This document shows, piece after piece, positions 29,297 through 39,600 of a stretch of 64,000 bases of DNA. The DNA lies in NCBI GenBank assembly GCA_036170915.1, contig JAVHQC010000020.1, forward strand, positions 64,001 through 128,000, in the 5' to 3' direction. How positions within the stretch are numbered: position 1 is the first letter of the stretch; every line of letters begins with the position of its first letter. The notes under the pieces are model-generated. The model ran no database searches and was not told the origin of the DNA. It saw only the letters and a list, made by a program, of their open reading frames with translations. The stretch is from Cyanobacteria bacterium auto_48_18 (GTDB taxonomy: Bacteria; Cyanobacteriota; Vampirovibrionia; Obscuribacterales; Obscuribacteraceae). Made by a program: the position numbers and the translations under genes.

Positions 29297-29815
29297 TTAG
29301 ATAGGTTGCGCTTTATTCCAGAATGCTTCTTTGATTACCTTGGAAGAAGTTGACTCTGAGCTGATGGTCACGCTTGCTGGAGCAAAGAGGAAGACACCGT
29401 CGCCGATGCGTTGCTGATGGCCATCGATAGCCCAGCAAGCGCCTGAGAGGAAATCTACTACTCTTTGCGACCCTTCATTGTCGAGCATATGCAGATTAAG
29501 AAGCACAGACTTGCGACCGCGAAGATGTTCAACAATATCCAAAGACTCTTCGAATTGTCTAGGTTCGATCACCAGAACTTCACTCACGGCCTGGGCGTTT
29601 GGATGATCCAAAATTTTGGCGCCGGTGCCGGGAATCATTTGGTGTACTCTTGCGGTTTTCACAGGCTCTTGAGCGTGTGCAACCGGATCAAGAGCTAATT
29701 GTCCATTGGTAGCGTAAACGTCGTCGGAAGTCTCAAAAAGATCTTCGAAATCCTCGCGCTCGTAGTTATCTGCAGGCCCAAACCAGAAGCTTTTGAACTT
29801 TTGAACGATGCTCAC
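29297..29815 (-). CDS. sepF: Cell division protein SepF
   Basis: VIEPRQFEE..IVEHLR.RKSVLLNL..QRVVDFLSG..AIDG.QQRIG..VFLFAP; AAGGAGG RBS; downstream of yggS. Confidence 0.93.
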   Translation of the reverse strand: MSIVQKFKSFWFGPADNYEREDFEDLFETSDDVYATNGQLALDPVAHAQEPVKTARVHQMIPGTGAKILDHPNAQAVSEVLVIEPRQFEESLDIVEHLRGRKSVLLNLHMLDNEGSQRVVDFLSGACWAIDGHQQRIGDGVFLFAPASVTISSESTSSKVIKEAFWNKAQPI

Positions 29816-29925
29816 TACTTTCCTCCTTACCCTGTTGGTCTATTTTAAAAGTCTCTACCGAATTCTCTACGTCTTGTAAGTTACTAATCTTGAGTGTGAA
29901 AATTTTTTGTGGCTAAGTGCCGGGG

Positions 29926-30642
29926 CTAATTGCCAAAAATTGCTCGACCGAGCCTGATCATAGTTGAACCACATATGATGGCTTCTCGCCAGTCGTCCGA
30001 CATTCCCATCGACAACTCTTTAAGAGGTATGGCGAACTCGCCGCGCAGTTGATCGCGCAGAGCGCTAAGGCCTGAGAAGCTCTCGTGCCATATGTTTACG
30101 TCATCGGTTAGGGGGCTTATGGTCATCAAACCTTCTACCTTTATAGAAGGTAATGCCAAAATTTCGGCTAGAGAATTTCTCAATTGCTCTGGAGTAAATC
30201 CAGATTTTGAATTATCAGGCACCATTTTGATTTGCAGCAAAATTGATTGAGTGCTGCCATTGAGATTAGCGGCGTGAGAAATTTCTTTTGCGAGCTTCAA
30301 TGAGTCGACAGAGTGAATCAGAGCGAAGTTACCAACGGCCTGCTTGACTTTATTTGACTGCAAGTGTCCGATAAAATGCCAGTTAGAATTTAGTGCTACG
30401 TGTGGTGGCAAGGTCTGACGTTTTTTCAATGCGTCTTGAATGCGGCTTTCACCAAATTCGCTCACGCCCAATGAAAACGCTTCTTCGATTTGCTCGTTGC
30501 TGGCGTGTTTAGTCACGGCGATCAACCTCACGGTTTGTTCGTCGATAGCTTCTCTCACTTGTGCGAGATTGGCGGCCACAGCTGAGTTTCCTCGAGAATT
30601 GGATTTGGAAGCGGCGGATGAGCTTTGTGATTGGTCGGGCAT
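29926..30642 (-). CDS. yggS: YggS/PipY pyridoxal phosphate homeostasis protein
   Basis: LIAVTK, FGESRIQ, WHFIGHLQSNK, IHSVDS, GLMTI, LSMGMSDD, GSTMIRLGRAIFG; ATG 30642 preferred. Confidence 0.95.
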   Translation of the reverse strand: MPDQSQSSSAASKSNSRGNSAVAANLAQVREAIDEQTVRLIAVTKHASNEQIEEAFSLGVSEFGESRIQDALKKRQTLPPHVALNSNWHFIGHLQSNKVKQAVGNFALIHSVDSLKLAKEISHAANLNGSTQSILLQIKMVPDNSKSGFTPEQLRNSLAEILALPSIKVEGLMTISPLTDDVNIWHESFSGLSALRDQLRGEFAIPLKELSMGMSDDWREAIICGSTMIRLGRAIFGN

Positions 30643-30948
30643 CAGGTAGTAAATTACGACTTCAATTTGTCCGAGCAAACGTAAAAAGTTTGGGGGGCTT
30701 CGAGAGGTTTGAAAAGCGTCACCGCTGATGCCACCACCGACGCCTACTATTAACGCTCGGATAAGATCCCTTTGTCAAGTCTCCAGAGAAAATTTATCTT
30801 GGCACCACCCGACTGGCGCGGCTTTGTCAGTGGGCGGAATGTATATCTTTTCTGCCTATCGAGTGGCCTCTGCTTCGATTAAGTCGGTATCGAAGATATG
30901 CCTTTTGCAAAGACTGAAGTGATATCTCCAATGGTGCAATAAATTTTT

Positions 30949-31827
30949 TTAGTCTAAGGTTGGAGCTATTGCCATTGCCATTCCGGCAGACAAAATGGCA
31001 GCTGTCTCACTTCGTAAAATGGTGTCACCCATGGAGACGGGAAGAAAGTTATTTTGCATAATCAAATTGCGTTCATCTTCTGTGAAACCGCCCTCCGGTC
31101 CGACAATCAGCACCACCTGGGCCCCGTGTGCATGGGCCGTTGCGCTAAAAGTGTGGTTGTCAGCAGGTTTGTGCTGATGGCTCAGCAGGTGAACCATATC
31201 TGGTGCCTCGCTCCTTTCGCTGAGTAACAAGCGATAGTTGTAAGCGTAAGTATTGATGTTGGTTGCATCGATATTTTGCAATGCTTGCTCGAGCGACGAC
31301 GGCGCAGTTAGTGTTGGCAGCGTCAACCGTTCTGATTGTTCTGCCGCTTCTTTGACAATCAGCTGCCAGCGTTTGAGGCGGCTTTGATTGTCGTCTTTTA
31401 TTTTGACGATAGTACGGGTGGTGGCAAAGGGCATTATTTGGTCAACGCCAATTTCGGTCAATTTTTCCAGTGCCAACTCAAATCGATGGCTTTTGATCAT
31501 GGGTAACAAACTGACAACGCGGCAGCGCTTTTTAGTCTTATGATCACCTGAGGCATTTAAAGCTTCAACCAGTTTGAATACCGTGCGCTCTCGCTCAATC
31601 TCCACTATGGTGGCGGCCCAGGCGTTGCCGAGGCCATCAAGCAGCCTGACGCCGTCTCCATTTTTTAAGCGCAGGACTTTGCGCAGCTGATGGCTTACTG
31701 CCGAATCGTTAGAGATGGCCTGCCCGCTCTGCGCATGAAATGCTTGCGCCGGCAGGAAAAAACTGGAATATGAAGACGGCCGGTTCAATTTAAGATCTTC
31801 TTCTTCGCTGGAGCCGTGTGGGCGCAT
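30949..31827 (-). CDS. rsmE: 16S rRNA m3U1498 methyltransferase
   Basis: KVLRL, LEKLTEIGV, EAAEQSER, IVGPEGGF, GDTILRSETA. Confidence 0.93.
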   Translation of the reverse strand: MRPHGSSEEEDLKLNRPSSYSSFFLPAQAFHAQSGQAISNDSAVSHQLRKVLRLKNGDGVRLLDGLGNAWAATIVEIERERTVFKLVEALNASGDHKTKKRCRVVSLLPMIKSHRFELALEKLTEIGVDQIMPFATTRTIVKIKDDNQSRLKRWQLIVKEAAEQSERLTLPTLTAPSSLEQALQNIDATNINTYAYNYRLLLSERSEAPDMVHLLSHQHKPADNHTFSATAHAHGAQVVLIVGPEGGFTEDERNLIMQNNFLPVSMGDTILRSETAAILSAGMAMAIAPTLD

Positions 31828-32008
31828 CTTGCCTCTTATGTAAATTGCATCATTGTGACTATTCGCATCAGTACTGTTGCTGGTCTCTGGGTATCTATCA
31901 GCCAGTGCTATAATGACCTCTTTGTGACCAATTCTCCATCATTTGAGTCATCTAGGCAGCACCTTTGCGCATCAACTGAGTTTCAGGCCACCGGAGTAGA
32001 GAGTAGCG

Positions 32009-32965
32009 ATGGATTTAAAAGACTGGTTCGCCAGCCGCCAGAAGCGCCGCGAGATTCAAGAAGTTATTACTCAGCCCCTGACAACGGAAGAGTACTGTGC
32101 TCTTTGGAAACAATGTTTCCAGTGTCGAGAGCTTCTTTACACCCGCGACTTGCGTACTAATTTAGATGTTTGTCCCAAGTGCGATTATCACTTCAGAATC
32201 GGCGCCCTAGATCGCATCGAGCAGCTGGCTGACGAAAATTCATTCGAAGAGCTCGACGCCGATATGCGCTCATCTGATCCCCTTAACTTTTTTGACACCG
32301 AAGCTTACACAAAAAGACAAGACGAAGCCAGTCGCAAATCAGGTTTGCGTGAAGCCGTGCTCACTGGTATTTGTAAAATCGAAGGGCAAACAGCCGCTCT
32401 TGGCTGTATGGACTTTGGCCACTTCGGTGGCTCCATGGGCTCCGTGGTAGGAGAGAAAGTTACTCGCTTAACCGAAGCCGCGATTGAGCGGAAATCACCC
32501 CTAATTGTAGTGTGCAGCTCTGGTGGTGCCCGCATGCAGGAAGGGATTCTGAGTCTGATGCAAATGGCGAAGACCAGTTCGGTGCTTAAGTCTTTTAGTG
32601 ATGCCGGTGGTCTCTATATTTCTATTTTAACTGAGCCTACATTTGGCGGCGTCACCGCCAGCTTTGCTATGCTCGGTGATTTTATTATTGCCGAGCCTGG
32701 TGCCAGAATCGGTTTTGCCGGCCGTCGGGTAATTGAGCAAACCATCCGTCAGAAGCTGCCTGCCGATTTCCAGACAGCAGAATATTTGCTGAAGCATGGT
32801 CAAGTCGATATGGTCGTCAGCCGCAACAAGTTGAAAGAGACACTGGGTCGCTTAATTGCTTTCCACCAGAGTGCCGCTTTGGAACTCGATAATCAAGATA
32901 ACTCCAGCGAAAATTCTAACGGACAAGGCTCTTCTGAGCCAAAACCGTTGGGTGCGCGCAATTAA
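32009..32965 (+). CDS. accD: Acetyl-CoA carboxylase carboxyltransferase beta
   Basis: N-terminal C4 Zn finger, GGSMGSVVGEK, SGGARMQEG, GGVTASFA, IGFAGRRVIEQT. Confidence 0.97.
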   Translation: MDLKDWFASRQKRREIQEVITQPLTTEEYCALWKQCFQCRELLYTRDLRTNLDVCPKCDYHFRIGALDRIEQLADENSFEELDADMRSSDPLNFFDTEAYTKRQDEASRKSGLREAVLTGICKIEGQTAALGCMDFGHFGGSMGSVVGEKVTRLTEAAIERKSPLIVVCSSGGARMQEGILSLMQMAKTSSVLKSFSDAGGLYISILTEPTFGGVTASFAMLGDFIIAEPGARIGFAGRRVIEQTIRQKLPADFQTAEYLLKHGQVDMVVSRNKLKETLGRLIAFHQSAALELDNQDNSSENSNGQGSSEPKPLGARN

Positions 32966-32986
32966 TTAGGGTCGCAAGCGAGAGAT

Positions 32987-33949
32987 ATGGCAACTGACAA
33001 AAAACCAATACCTCTAGAATTTGAGCAACCTCTGGCAATCCTGGCTCAGAACATGGACGCGCTAGAAAAACAGTTGTCGGATAATCCGGAATTGGAAGCA
33101 GATCTTGATCGTATGCAAGAGCAGTACAGCTCGCTCAAGCGCTCTCTCTATCTCAATTTGCGCCCCATTGACCATTTGGCCATTGCCCGCCACCCGCAAA
33201 GACCTTATACAAGAGATTACTTTGCCGCCTGGGATCCGAACTGGATTGAATTACATGGCGACCGCAAAGGTGTGGATGATGCAGCCATGGTTGGTGGTCT
33301 GCTGGATATTGACGGCATTAAAGTAGTGGCAGTTGGCACTCAAAAAGGTCGCACCTTGCGTGATAAACAACAATGCAATTTCGGCATGCCTCAACCTGAA
33401 GGCTACCGCAAAGCATTGCGACTGTTCCGCCACGCTAATAAATTTAGACTGCCGATTCTTTGCTTGATAGATACTCAGGGAGCCTATCCTGGTATTGCCG
33501 CCGAAGAGCACAATCAATCGCAAGCCATTGCCGAGAATCTTATGGAGCTGGCCGGTGTGACGGTTCCTGTGGTGGCAGCGATTACCGGTGAAGGTGGTTC
33601 AGGTGGTGCCCTGGCAATTGGCGTCGCCAATCGCATACTGATGCTTGAGCATTCTGTTTATTCGGTGATTACACCAGAAGGTTGCGCGTCAATTTTATGG
33701 CGCTCAAATGATAAAGTGTCGGAAGCCTGTCAGGCTATGAAAATGACAGCTAAAGAGATTTTGCAATTGGGTGTGATCGATCAGGTGATTAAGGAGCCTC
33801 TTGGTGGTGCTCATCACGATCATCAAAACGTGGCAGCCAATTTGAAAACAGCGATTGTCGAGCAACTGCAAGAGCTGCTCAAGCTCTCGCCGCAAGAAGT
33901 TCGCCAGCATCGGCAAGACAAATTTAGAGCTTTCGGCAGCTTCAGGTAA
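32987..33949 (+). CDS. accA: Acetyl-CoA carboxylase carboxyltransferase alpha
   Basis: ARHPQRP, ELHGDR, FGMPQPEGYRKALR, GEGGSGGALA, YSVITPEGCASILW. Confidence 0.97.
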   Translation: MATDKKPIPLEFEQPLAILAQNMDALEKQLSDNPELEADLDRMQEQYSSLKRSLYLNLRPIDHLAIARHPQRPYTRDYFAAWDPNWIELHGDRKGVDDAAMVGGLLDIDGIKVVAVGTQKGRTLRDKQQCNFGMPQPEGYRKALRLFRHANKFRLPILCLIDTQGAYPGIAAEEHNQSQAIAENLMELAGVTVPVVAAITGEGGSGGALAIGVANRILMLEHSVYSVITPEGCASILWRSNDKVSEACQAMKMTAKEILQLGVIDQVIKEPLGGAHHDHQNVAANLKTAIVEQLQELLKLSPQEVRQHRQDKFRAFGSFR

Positions 33950-33958
33950 ATATCAGAC

Positions 33959-35665
33959 TTACTTGGCTTGCCTTTTTGCCTTGCGCAAAAGATCTTTAGC
34001 TGATTGACTTTGGTTTACTTTGCCTGGTACTTGCTGCAAAACCGCAACAGCTTCGTTGAATTTTTTGTCTTTGATATAAAGCTTACCGAGGCTAACGCAA
34101 GTAGTGTAATACTTGTCGGTCAGATCAGCCGGCAGCTTGCCTTGAGCTTTCATAGACTTCATAAGAGCTACAGCCTGAGCTAGTTTTCCAGCTTTGATCA
34201 AAGCTTCCGGATCATCTTCATCGACTGGTTTTGAATCGGCGGATTTAGCCCAGGGCATCATTCCTTGAAACTGTGCTGAATTCATAGCGAACATTACTGC
34301 TGCACCAATTAGTGCCAGTGTAGCTAGAACAGGCAAGAAACGCAGGGCGGTGGAAAAGACTCGCCCGATACCACCTGGGCCACCACGTCCGGCAGAAAAA
34401 TTAGTCGAAGATTTGTTCTGGCTGTGCGAAATATCGGCGTGTTTCTGAGCATCGCGGTAAGCTGCCACCTGGTCGGCATAATTATTGCTCATGCCCCGTT
34501 GACCGTTGTCTTCGGCAGGTTGCGATCCTGCTACGCCTATGGAGGCAGGATTGGTGGCATTTTGCTGGTTAAGCATTTCGCGGGTCAGGGGTCTTTGCTG
34601 CAACATTTCTCTTGACTCTTTACGATGTTGCAAGGACTCATCTTGAGCTAGAGGGCCTGGTGCCATATCTCTCTGGAGAGTCTGCGTGATGCCAACGGAA
34701 GTTTTTGTTTCAGGCTCTTTCATGGCTTCTTCAAGCGCTTGCGAAAGTTCGTCCATGGTCTGATAGCGATCGTTTGGATTTTTCAGCAGGGTTTTATGCA
34801 CCACTTGCATTAAAGCTTCTGGGAAATTTAAATCAGGGCGCATTTCGTTCAATGGCACAGGCGTATCTGATAAGTGCATGGCCATAACTCTGACCAACTC
34901 TTCATGTTGGAAAGGCACTTCGCCGGTGAGAGATTCATAGAAGACAATGCCGAGCGAGTAAATATCGCTTCTATGATCAACTTTGCTTGATGTGCACTGC
35001 TCAGGACTCATGTAAGTGGGGCTACCACATACGGTGCCTGTGCGAGTGATTTTAGCTTGATCAGATTCTTCTTGCACCAGTCTGGCAATGCCGAAATCTA
35101 CCACTATGGGGAAATTCTTTTGCCCTCCCCGCTCCACTAACACGATGTTTTCAGGCTTGATGTCGCGGTGTACAACACCTTGGCGGTGCGCTTCAGCTAG
35201 GGCTGCGCAAACTTGAGTGAAAATCGGGACTGCTTCCACCGGCGCAATGTGATTTACTTCAGCGATAAAATCAGACAGCGGCGTGCCGTTAAGTAAATCC
35301 ATGGCAATGTAAGGTCGGCCACCACCTTGAGGAATGACGCCGAAATCGTAAATGGTAATAATATTTGGATGATTGAGGCGACTGGATGCCTTCGCCTCTT
35401 GCTTAAAGCGTTTGATGAACTCATCATCTGATACCAGATAGTCGTGCAGCACTTTAACTGCCACTTCGCGGCCAATCAATTCTTGTACTGCCCGGTAGAC
35501 TGTGCCTGCCGAACCCTGACCAATGACTGACTGGATTTTGTAACGACCCTCAACCACCATGCCGAGTAGAGGGTCATCACCGACGGTGACCATAGACGAT
35601 CCGTCACGAGGACAGATATCTTGCTCGCCAGCAGTCTGAAAATTACATATCAGACAAAGTTTCAT
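33959..35665 (-). CDS. Hanks-type Ser/Thr kinase with N-terminal Zn-ribbon-like motif, TM and C-terminal TPR-like tail
   Basis: CLIC..CPRDG, VAVK, HRDIKPEN, DFG, GSPTYMSPEQ, SDIYSLG; hydrophobic segment near residue 445. Confidence 0.92.
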   Translation of the reverse strand: MKLCLICNFQTAGEQDICPRDGSSMVTVGDDPLLGMVVEGRYKIQSVIGQGSAGTVYRAVQELIGREVAVKVLHDYLVSDDEFIKRFKQEAKASSRLNHPNIITIYDFGVIPQGGGRPYIAMDLLNGTPLSDFIAEVNHIAPVEAVPIFTQVCAALAEAHRQGVVHRDIKPENIVLVERGGQKNFPIVVDFGIARLVQEESDQAKITRTGTVCGSPTYMSPEQCTSSKVDHRSDIYSLGIVFYESLTGEVPFQHEELVRVMAMHLSDTPVPLNEMRPDLNFPEALMQVVHKTLLKNPNDRYQTMDELSQALEEAMKEPETKTSVGITQTLQRDMAPGPLAQDESLQHRKESREMLQQRPLTREMLNQQNATNPASIGVAGSQPAEDNGQRGMSNNYADQVAAYRDAQKHADISHSQNKSSTNFSAGRGGPGGIGRVFSTALRFLPVLATLALIGAAVMFAMNSAQFQGMMPWAKSADSKPVDEDDPEALIKAGKLAQAVALMKSMKAQGKLPADLTDKYYTTCVSLGKLYIKDKKFNEAVAVLQQVPGKVNQSQSAKDLLRKAKRQAK

Positions 35666-36016
35666 ACAAATTCGCTAGCAAAGCGCCAGTTCTTTCTAGT
35701 AAGTAGTAAATGACCCGCCAAAAGGCAATTTCCCCCTGCCATCTTTCTTTTAATTACCCAGAGACGTGATCCGCAAACATCTTAACTGTTCGCTTCTTAA
35801 TATCTCAGTAAAAAAGCAAGCAAATATTAACTGTAGGGCTTAAAGATAACCATAGCAACAGTTTACTCTTTCACATCGGCCTTTAAATTGCTTCAGATAG
35901 CTCACTTGCTGTAGAAAGCCGCCCGCAAAGCAGACAGAATTAACTAGCTGGCCGGAAAATTTGTCACTTCACCCAAGTGCGAAAACTGACAGCTAAGTTT
36001 TCAGGAGACCGTAATT

Positions 36017-37207
36017 TTGTCATCTGCCAAAAGCAAAGCGCCCCTTCTTCTAATCTTCATGACCGTCTTCATCGATCTGATGGGCTTCGGTCTGGTAATT
36101 CCGATACTGCCGACCTACGCACAGCAATTGCATGCCTCAGACTTTGTTATCGGCCTCTTGATAGCCAGTTACTCCGTTATGCAATTCATTTTTACACCGT
36201 TCTGGGGCAGGCTCTCAGACCGAATTGGTAGACGTCCGGTACTTCTGATTAGCCTATTGGCTTCGTTTATCGGTTATATGATCTGGGGCTTTTCTGGGTC
36301 TCTAATAGGGCTCTTTGCTTCGCGCATTGTGGCTGGTTTTGGCAACGCCAACATTGCTGTAGCTCAGGCATATATTACTGACATCACCACAAAAGAAAAC
36401 CGCGCTCGCGGGATGGGGATGGTAGGCGCTGCCTTTGGTCTTGGTTTCGTGCTTGGACCGGCCCTCGGGAGTGCGCTGGTGCAATATGGTCTGCAAACCG
36501 TGGGTTTCTTTGCCGCCGCTTTCAGCTTGCTTGATTTGATTTTGACATTCTTCTTACTGCCGGAACCGAAAGAGCGTGGCAATTTCGGCAAAGAGCGCTT
36601 TGGCTTGGGTCTGGATTTTTATCTAAAAAATATTGTCAGCGAAAAATTGCGCGTGTCATTTCTGATTTTCTTTATTTCCACTTTTGCTTTTGCCAACATG
36701 GAAGCTACTCTGGTTTTACTAACCGCTAAGCTTTACAACTGGGGCCCAAAAGAAAACACTTACCTTTTTGTCTACATTGGTATTTTGATTGTCATAGTTC
36801 AAGGCGGAATGATTCGCCAGCTGACAAAAAAATATAGCGAACGCAAATTGATCACAGCAGGATCATTGATGATTGCCGCAGGACTGTTCGTTACTCCCAT
36901 TACCCAAAACTGGCTTGTACTGGGGCTGGGCATGACACTTCTCTCTGTGGGATCTGGCATAAACAACCCCTGCAATCAGAGCGTCATCTCCAAACTGGCT
37001 CCAGAAGAGACTGCCGGTGGTGTTCTAGGTCTTGGCCAATCGGTTTCTACTTTAGGAAGAATTTTTGGACCAATTGTTGGTTGCGCACTCTTTGGCCAAT
37101 TTGGCCACATGAGCCCTTATATCGCTGGTGGTCTGTGTATGTTGGTTGTGGTGGTGCTCAGTCTCAAACTGCCTGAAACCGAGCCCGGCTCTGCCGCTGC
37201 TCACTAA
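36017..37207 (+). CDS. MFS transporter, TetA/DHA1-like
   Basis: Motif A WGRLSDRIGRRPVL, motif C GLGFVLGPALG, about 12 TMs; AGGAG RBS. Confidence 0.92.
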   Translation: MSSAKSKAPLLLIFMTVFIDLMGFGLVIPILPTYAQQLHASDFVIGLLIASYSVMQFIFTPFWGRLSDRIGRRPVLLISLLASFIGYMIWGFSGSLIGLFASRIVAGFGNANIAVAQAYITDITTKENRARGMGMVGAAFGLGFVLGPALGSALVQYGLQTVGFFAAAFSLLDLILTFFLLPEPKERGNFGKERFGLGLDFYLKNIVSEKLRVSFLIFFISTFAFANMEATLVLLTAKLYNWGPKENTYLFVYIGILIVIVQGGMIRQLTKKYSERKLITAGSLMIAAGLFVTPITQNWLVLGLGMTLLSVGSGINNPCNQSVISKLAPEETAGGVLGLGQSVSTLGRIFGPIVGCALFGQFGHMSPYIAGGLCMLVVVVLSLKLPETEPGSAAAH

Positions 37208-37527
37208 AATTTTTGCCGGATCAATGCAGAAACGCATTAAATGTGGCCTTTGCTCTTGGCAAATGGTGGCCCTCAGCGTATGTTCGTGATATATTATTTT
37301 TGGCTCAAGTTTGTGATTTGTTCTTAGTGACTGCTTAACTTCGCCTGGGATATAAATAAAAAGTTCTGTATCCAAGCTGCGTTCACCGAATCAAAAGTCG
37401 TCACTAAACCGTCCTTTCATATGAAGCGCTGAGTTCAGCGATTGAGCAATTTTTAGGTATCACAAATAAATTTAGAACCCTTCGTTTTAAAAGACGTATA
37501 GAAGAGAAGTTGAAGAGAAGTATTGAA

Positions 37528-37701
37528 ATGGCAATAGAGAAGAAGAAAGAAAAGAATTTGCATTCGTCCAGAAACAAAGTAGCCGGCACACAAACCGAAA
37601 CCAAAAATGATGTTCAGACGCGCTATCAGCAAGATTTCAACCGCTATCAAGCGCAAATAGAAAAAACACGTCAGGTTTTCGAGAGCGCCGAAGTAGCCTG
37701 A
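37528..37701 (+). CDS. Small hypothetical protein (57 aa)
   Basis: Open frame in a long intergenic gap with plausible helical composition; no homology recognised. Confidence 0.45.
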   Translation: MAIEKKKEKNLHSSRNKVAGTQTETKNDVQTRYQQDFNRYQAQIEKTRQVFESAEVA

Positions 37702-37887
37702 CCTTATCTGCTGCGCCTGCGCTCAGGCTCAACAGTAGGTAGCTATTTGAGACATTACGCAATCTTCACCTCGAGCAAATGCCCGTGGGAAGCCTTAAGC
37801 AGAGTGCATTAGATATATGCGCTAGGTTATTAGTCGTTTGTATGGTCTGATCTGGCTAGAATTGGCTAGCTCTGGCTTGGCCAGGTC

Positions 37888-37954
37888 TGACTGTAGCTAG
37901 ATGTGACTGTAGCTAGATGTGACTTTAGCTAGATATGCTTTAGCTAGATTGACT
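37888..37954. repeat. About 4 tandem 16-bp repeats TGACTGTAGCTAGATG
   Basis: Two identical units (37888, 37904) and two degenerate units (37920, 37936). Confidence 0.9.
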
Positions 37955-37989
37955 AATTAGTACGTAATGCAGCGGCGGAGGCCCCAAAA

Positions 37990-39081
37990 ATGAAGGCAAT
38001 GGTTTTAGCGGCGGGTGTTGGTTCACGATTGGACCCACTGACTGCGTCCACCCCTAAACCACTTGTTCCAGTCGCCAACTTTCCGGTAATGGAGCACTTG
38101 CTCAATCTACTAAAAGGGCATGGTTTCACCGATGTGATCGCTAATCTGCATTATTTGCCAGAAGGCTTGATCGATTATTTCGGCGATGGGAAAAAATTTG
38201 GCACCAATGTTCAATTTCGCGTAGAAGAAAAATTGAGCGGCGATGCTGGTGGCGTTCGCTATTGTCGTGACTTTTTGCAAGACGGCACTTTTGTTGTGCT
38301 TATGGGAGATCTGCTCACAGACGCTGATCTTTCCTATATCGTGGCCGAACACAAGCGCAAAAAAGCAGTGGCCAGCATTGCTCTTAAACAAGTCGCTGAT
38401 GTTACTCGTTTTGGCGTGGCGGTTTTAAACGATGACAAATTTATTGTCGGTTTTCAAGAAAAACCGGCCAAAGAAGAAGCGCTCTCCAACCTGGCTTCTA
38501 CGGGTATTTATATTCTCGAGCCGGAAGTATTTGAGCACATACCTGCCTCTGGCGATTTTGGTTTCGGTCGCCAGCTTTTCCCAAATTTAGTCAAGGCCGG
38601 CTTGCCGGTGCTCGGTGTTGAAATCGAGTCGTACTGGTCTGATGTGGGCACACTCGAGCAATACCAGATTTCTAATTTTGATGTTCTTTCAGGTCGTTTT
38701 AAGACTGACTTGCCCGGATACAAAAAAGAAAAGCGGGGGCAATACAATCTCTATCTGGCAGAGCATGCGGTTGTCGATTCATCGGTGACAGTTGAAGGCA
38801 ACGTCATTGTCGGCAAAGGATCGCAAATCAAAGCCAATGTGGTGCTTAAGGGCAACGTGGTAATTGGTGATCACTGTGTGATTGAAGCCGATTGCCAGCT
38901 GAGCGACAGCATTTTGTGGCCAGATAGCAAGATTGAGCTTGCAACCACACTTGATGGCATTATTTATTCACCAGCAGGCATTACAAAAGTAACGCACCAG
39001 GTAAATGCCGACCCAAAGCCGCAGGGACCTGCAAGTAAAATGCAGGTCCAAGACCGGGATTGCGCAGAAACCTGCGTCTAA
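37990..39081 (+). CDS. NDP-sugar synthase (mannose-1-phosphate guanylyltransferase-like)
   Basis: KAMVLAAGVGSRL.PLT...PKPLVP, FQEKP, YWSDVGT, C-terminal hexapeptide repeats. Confidence 0.88.
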   Translation: MKAMVLAAGVGSRLDPLTASTPKPLVPVANFPVMEHLLNLLKGHGFTDVIANLHYLPEGLIDYFGDGKKFGTNVQFRVEEKLSGDAGGVRYCRDFLQDGTFVVLMGDLLTDADLSYIVAEHKRKKAVASIALKQVADVTRFGVAVLNDDKFIVGFQEKPAKEEALSNLASTGIYILEPEVFEHIPASGDFGFGRQLFPNLVKAGLPVLGVEIESYWSDVGTLEQYQISNFDVLSGRFKTDLPGYKKEKRGQYNLYLAEHAVVDSSVTVEGNVIVGKGSQIKANVVLKGNVVIGDHCVIEADCQLSDSILWPDSKIELATTLDGIIYSPAGITKVTHQVNADPKPQGPASKMQVQDRDCAETCV

Positions 39082-39097
39082 TTTTCGATGCAGTCAG

Positions 39098-39412
39098 TTA
39101 TGAGGGACACTTAGCTGTGCTTGGCCCGGCCATTGCTTTTTTTGCAGCGAGGGCAAGATCATGATCACGTTCATGATCACTATCTGCATTTGTATCAGCA
39201 GACTCTTTTTCAGCTAACTGTGCCGCTTTCCAGATTTCCATCCAGAGCCAATAGTGAAATGGATTGAGCTTTTCAATATCCAATGTTTCTACTGGTTCAA
39301 GCAATGACAGCCAGGTGTGTGGATTGGGAAATCTTTTGGCAAGGCTGTAACAGTCCGCCATCCAGAGAACTTGATCGGTTGTTTCTTTGGTGACCATGGC
39401 CTTTTTCCCCAT
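39098..39412 (-). CDS. Hypothetical protein
   Basis: 104-aa ORF filling the gap, Trp-rich helical core; no family recognised. Confidence 0.55.
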   Translation of the reverse strand: MGKKAMVTKETTDQVLWMADCYSLAKRFPNPHTWLSLLEPVETLDIEKLNPFHYWLWMEIWKAAQLAEKESADTNADSDHERDHDLALAAKKAMAGPSTAKCPS

Positions 39413-39600
39413 TTCCCGCTTACAGTCTTTTACTGTTTAGTTCGCAAACTGTTAAACAATTTTTCAAACTACTCTGCCCTTCCTCAGTAGTAATACCCAA
39501 ATTGATAGTGCGCGAAACCGGCATTTTTAGTTACTGCGATACAAAAGTTTCAAGAGCAGCTCAAAACGGCCTGGGGTCGAGACCTTGTAATAGGTTGCCG

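Noticed and set aside
37700..37850. Possible c-di-GMP or other riboswitch
   Set aside because: No GEMM or other consensus recognised by eye
37888..37954. Possible CRISPR array
   Set aside because: Units are contiguous 16-mers without spacers and no cas genes are present
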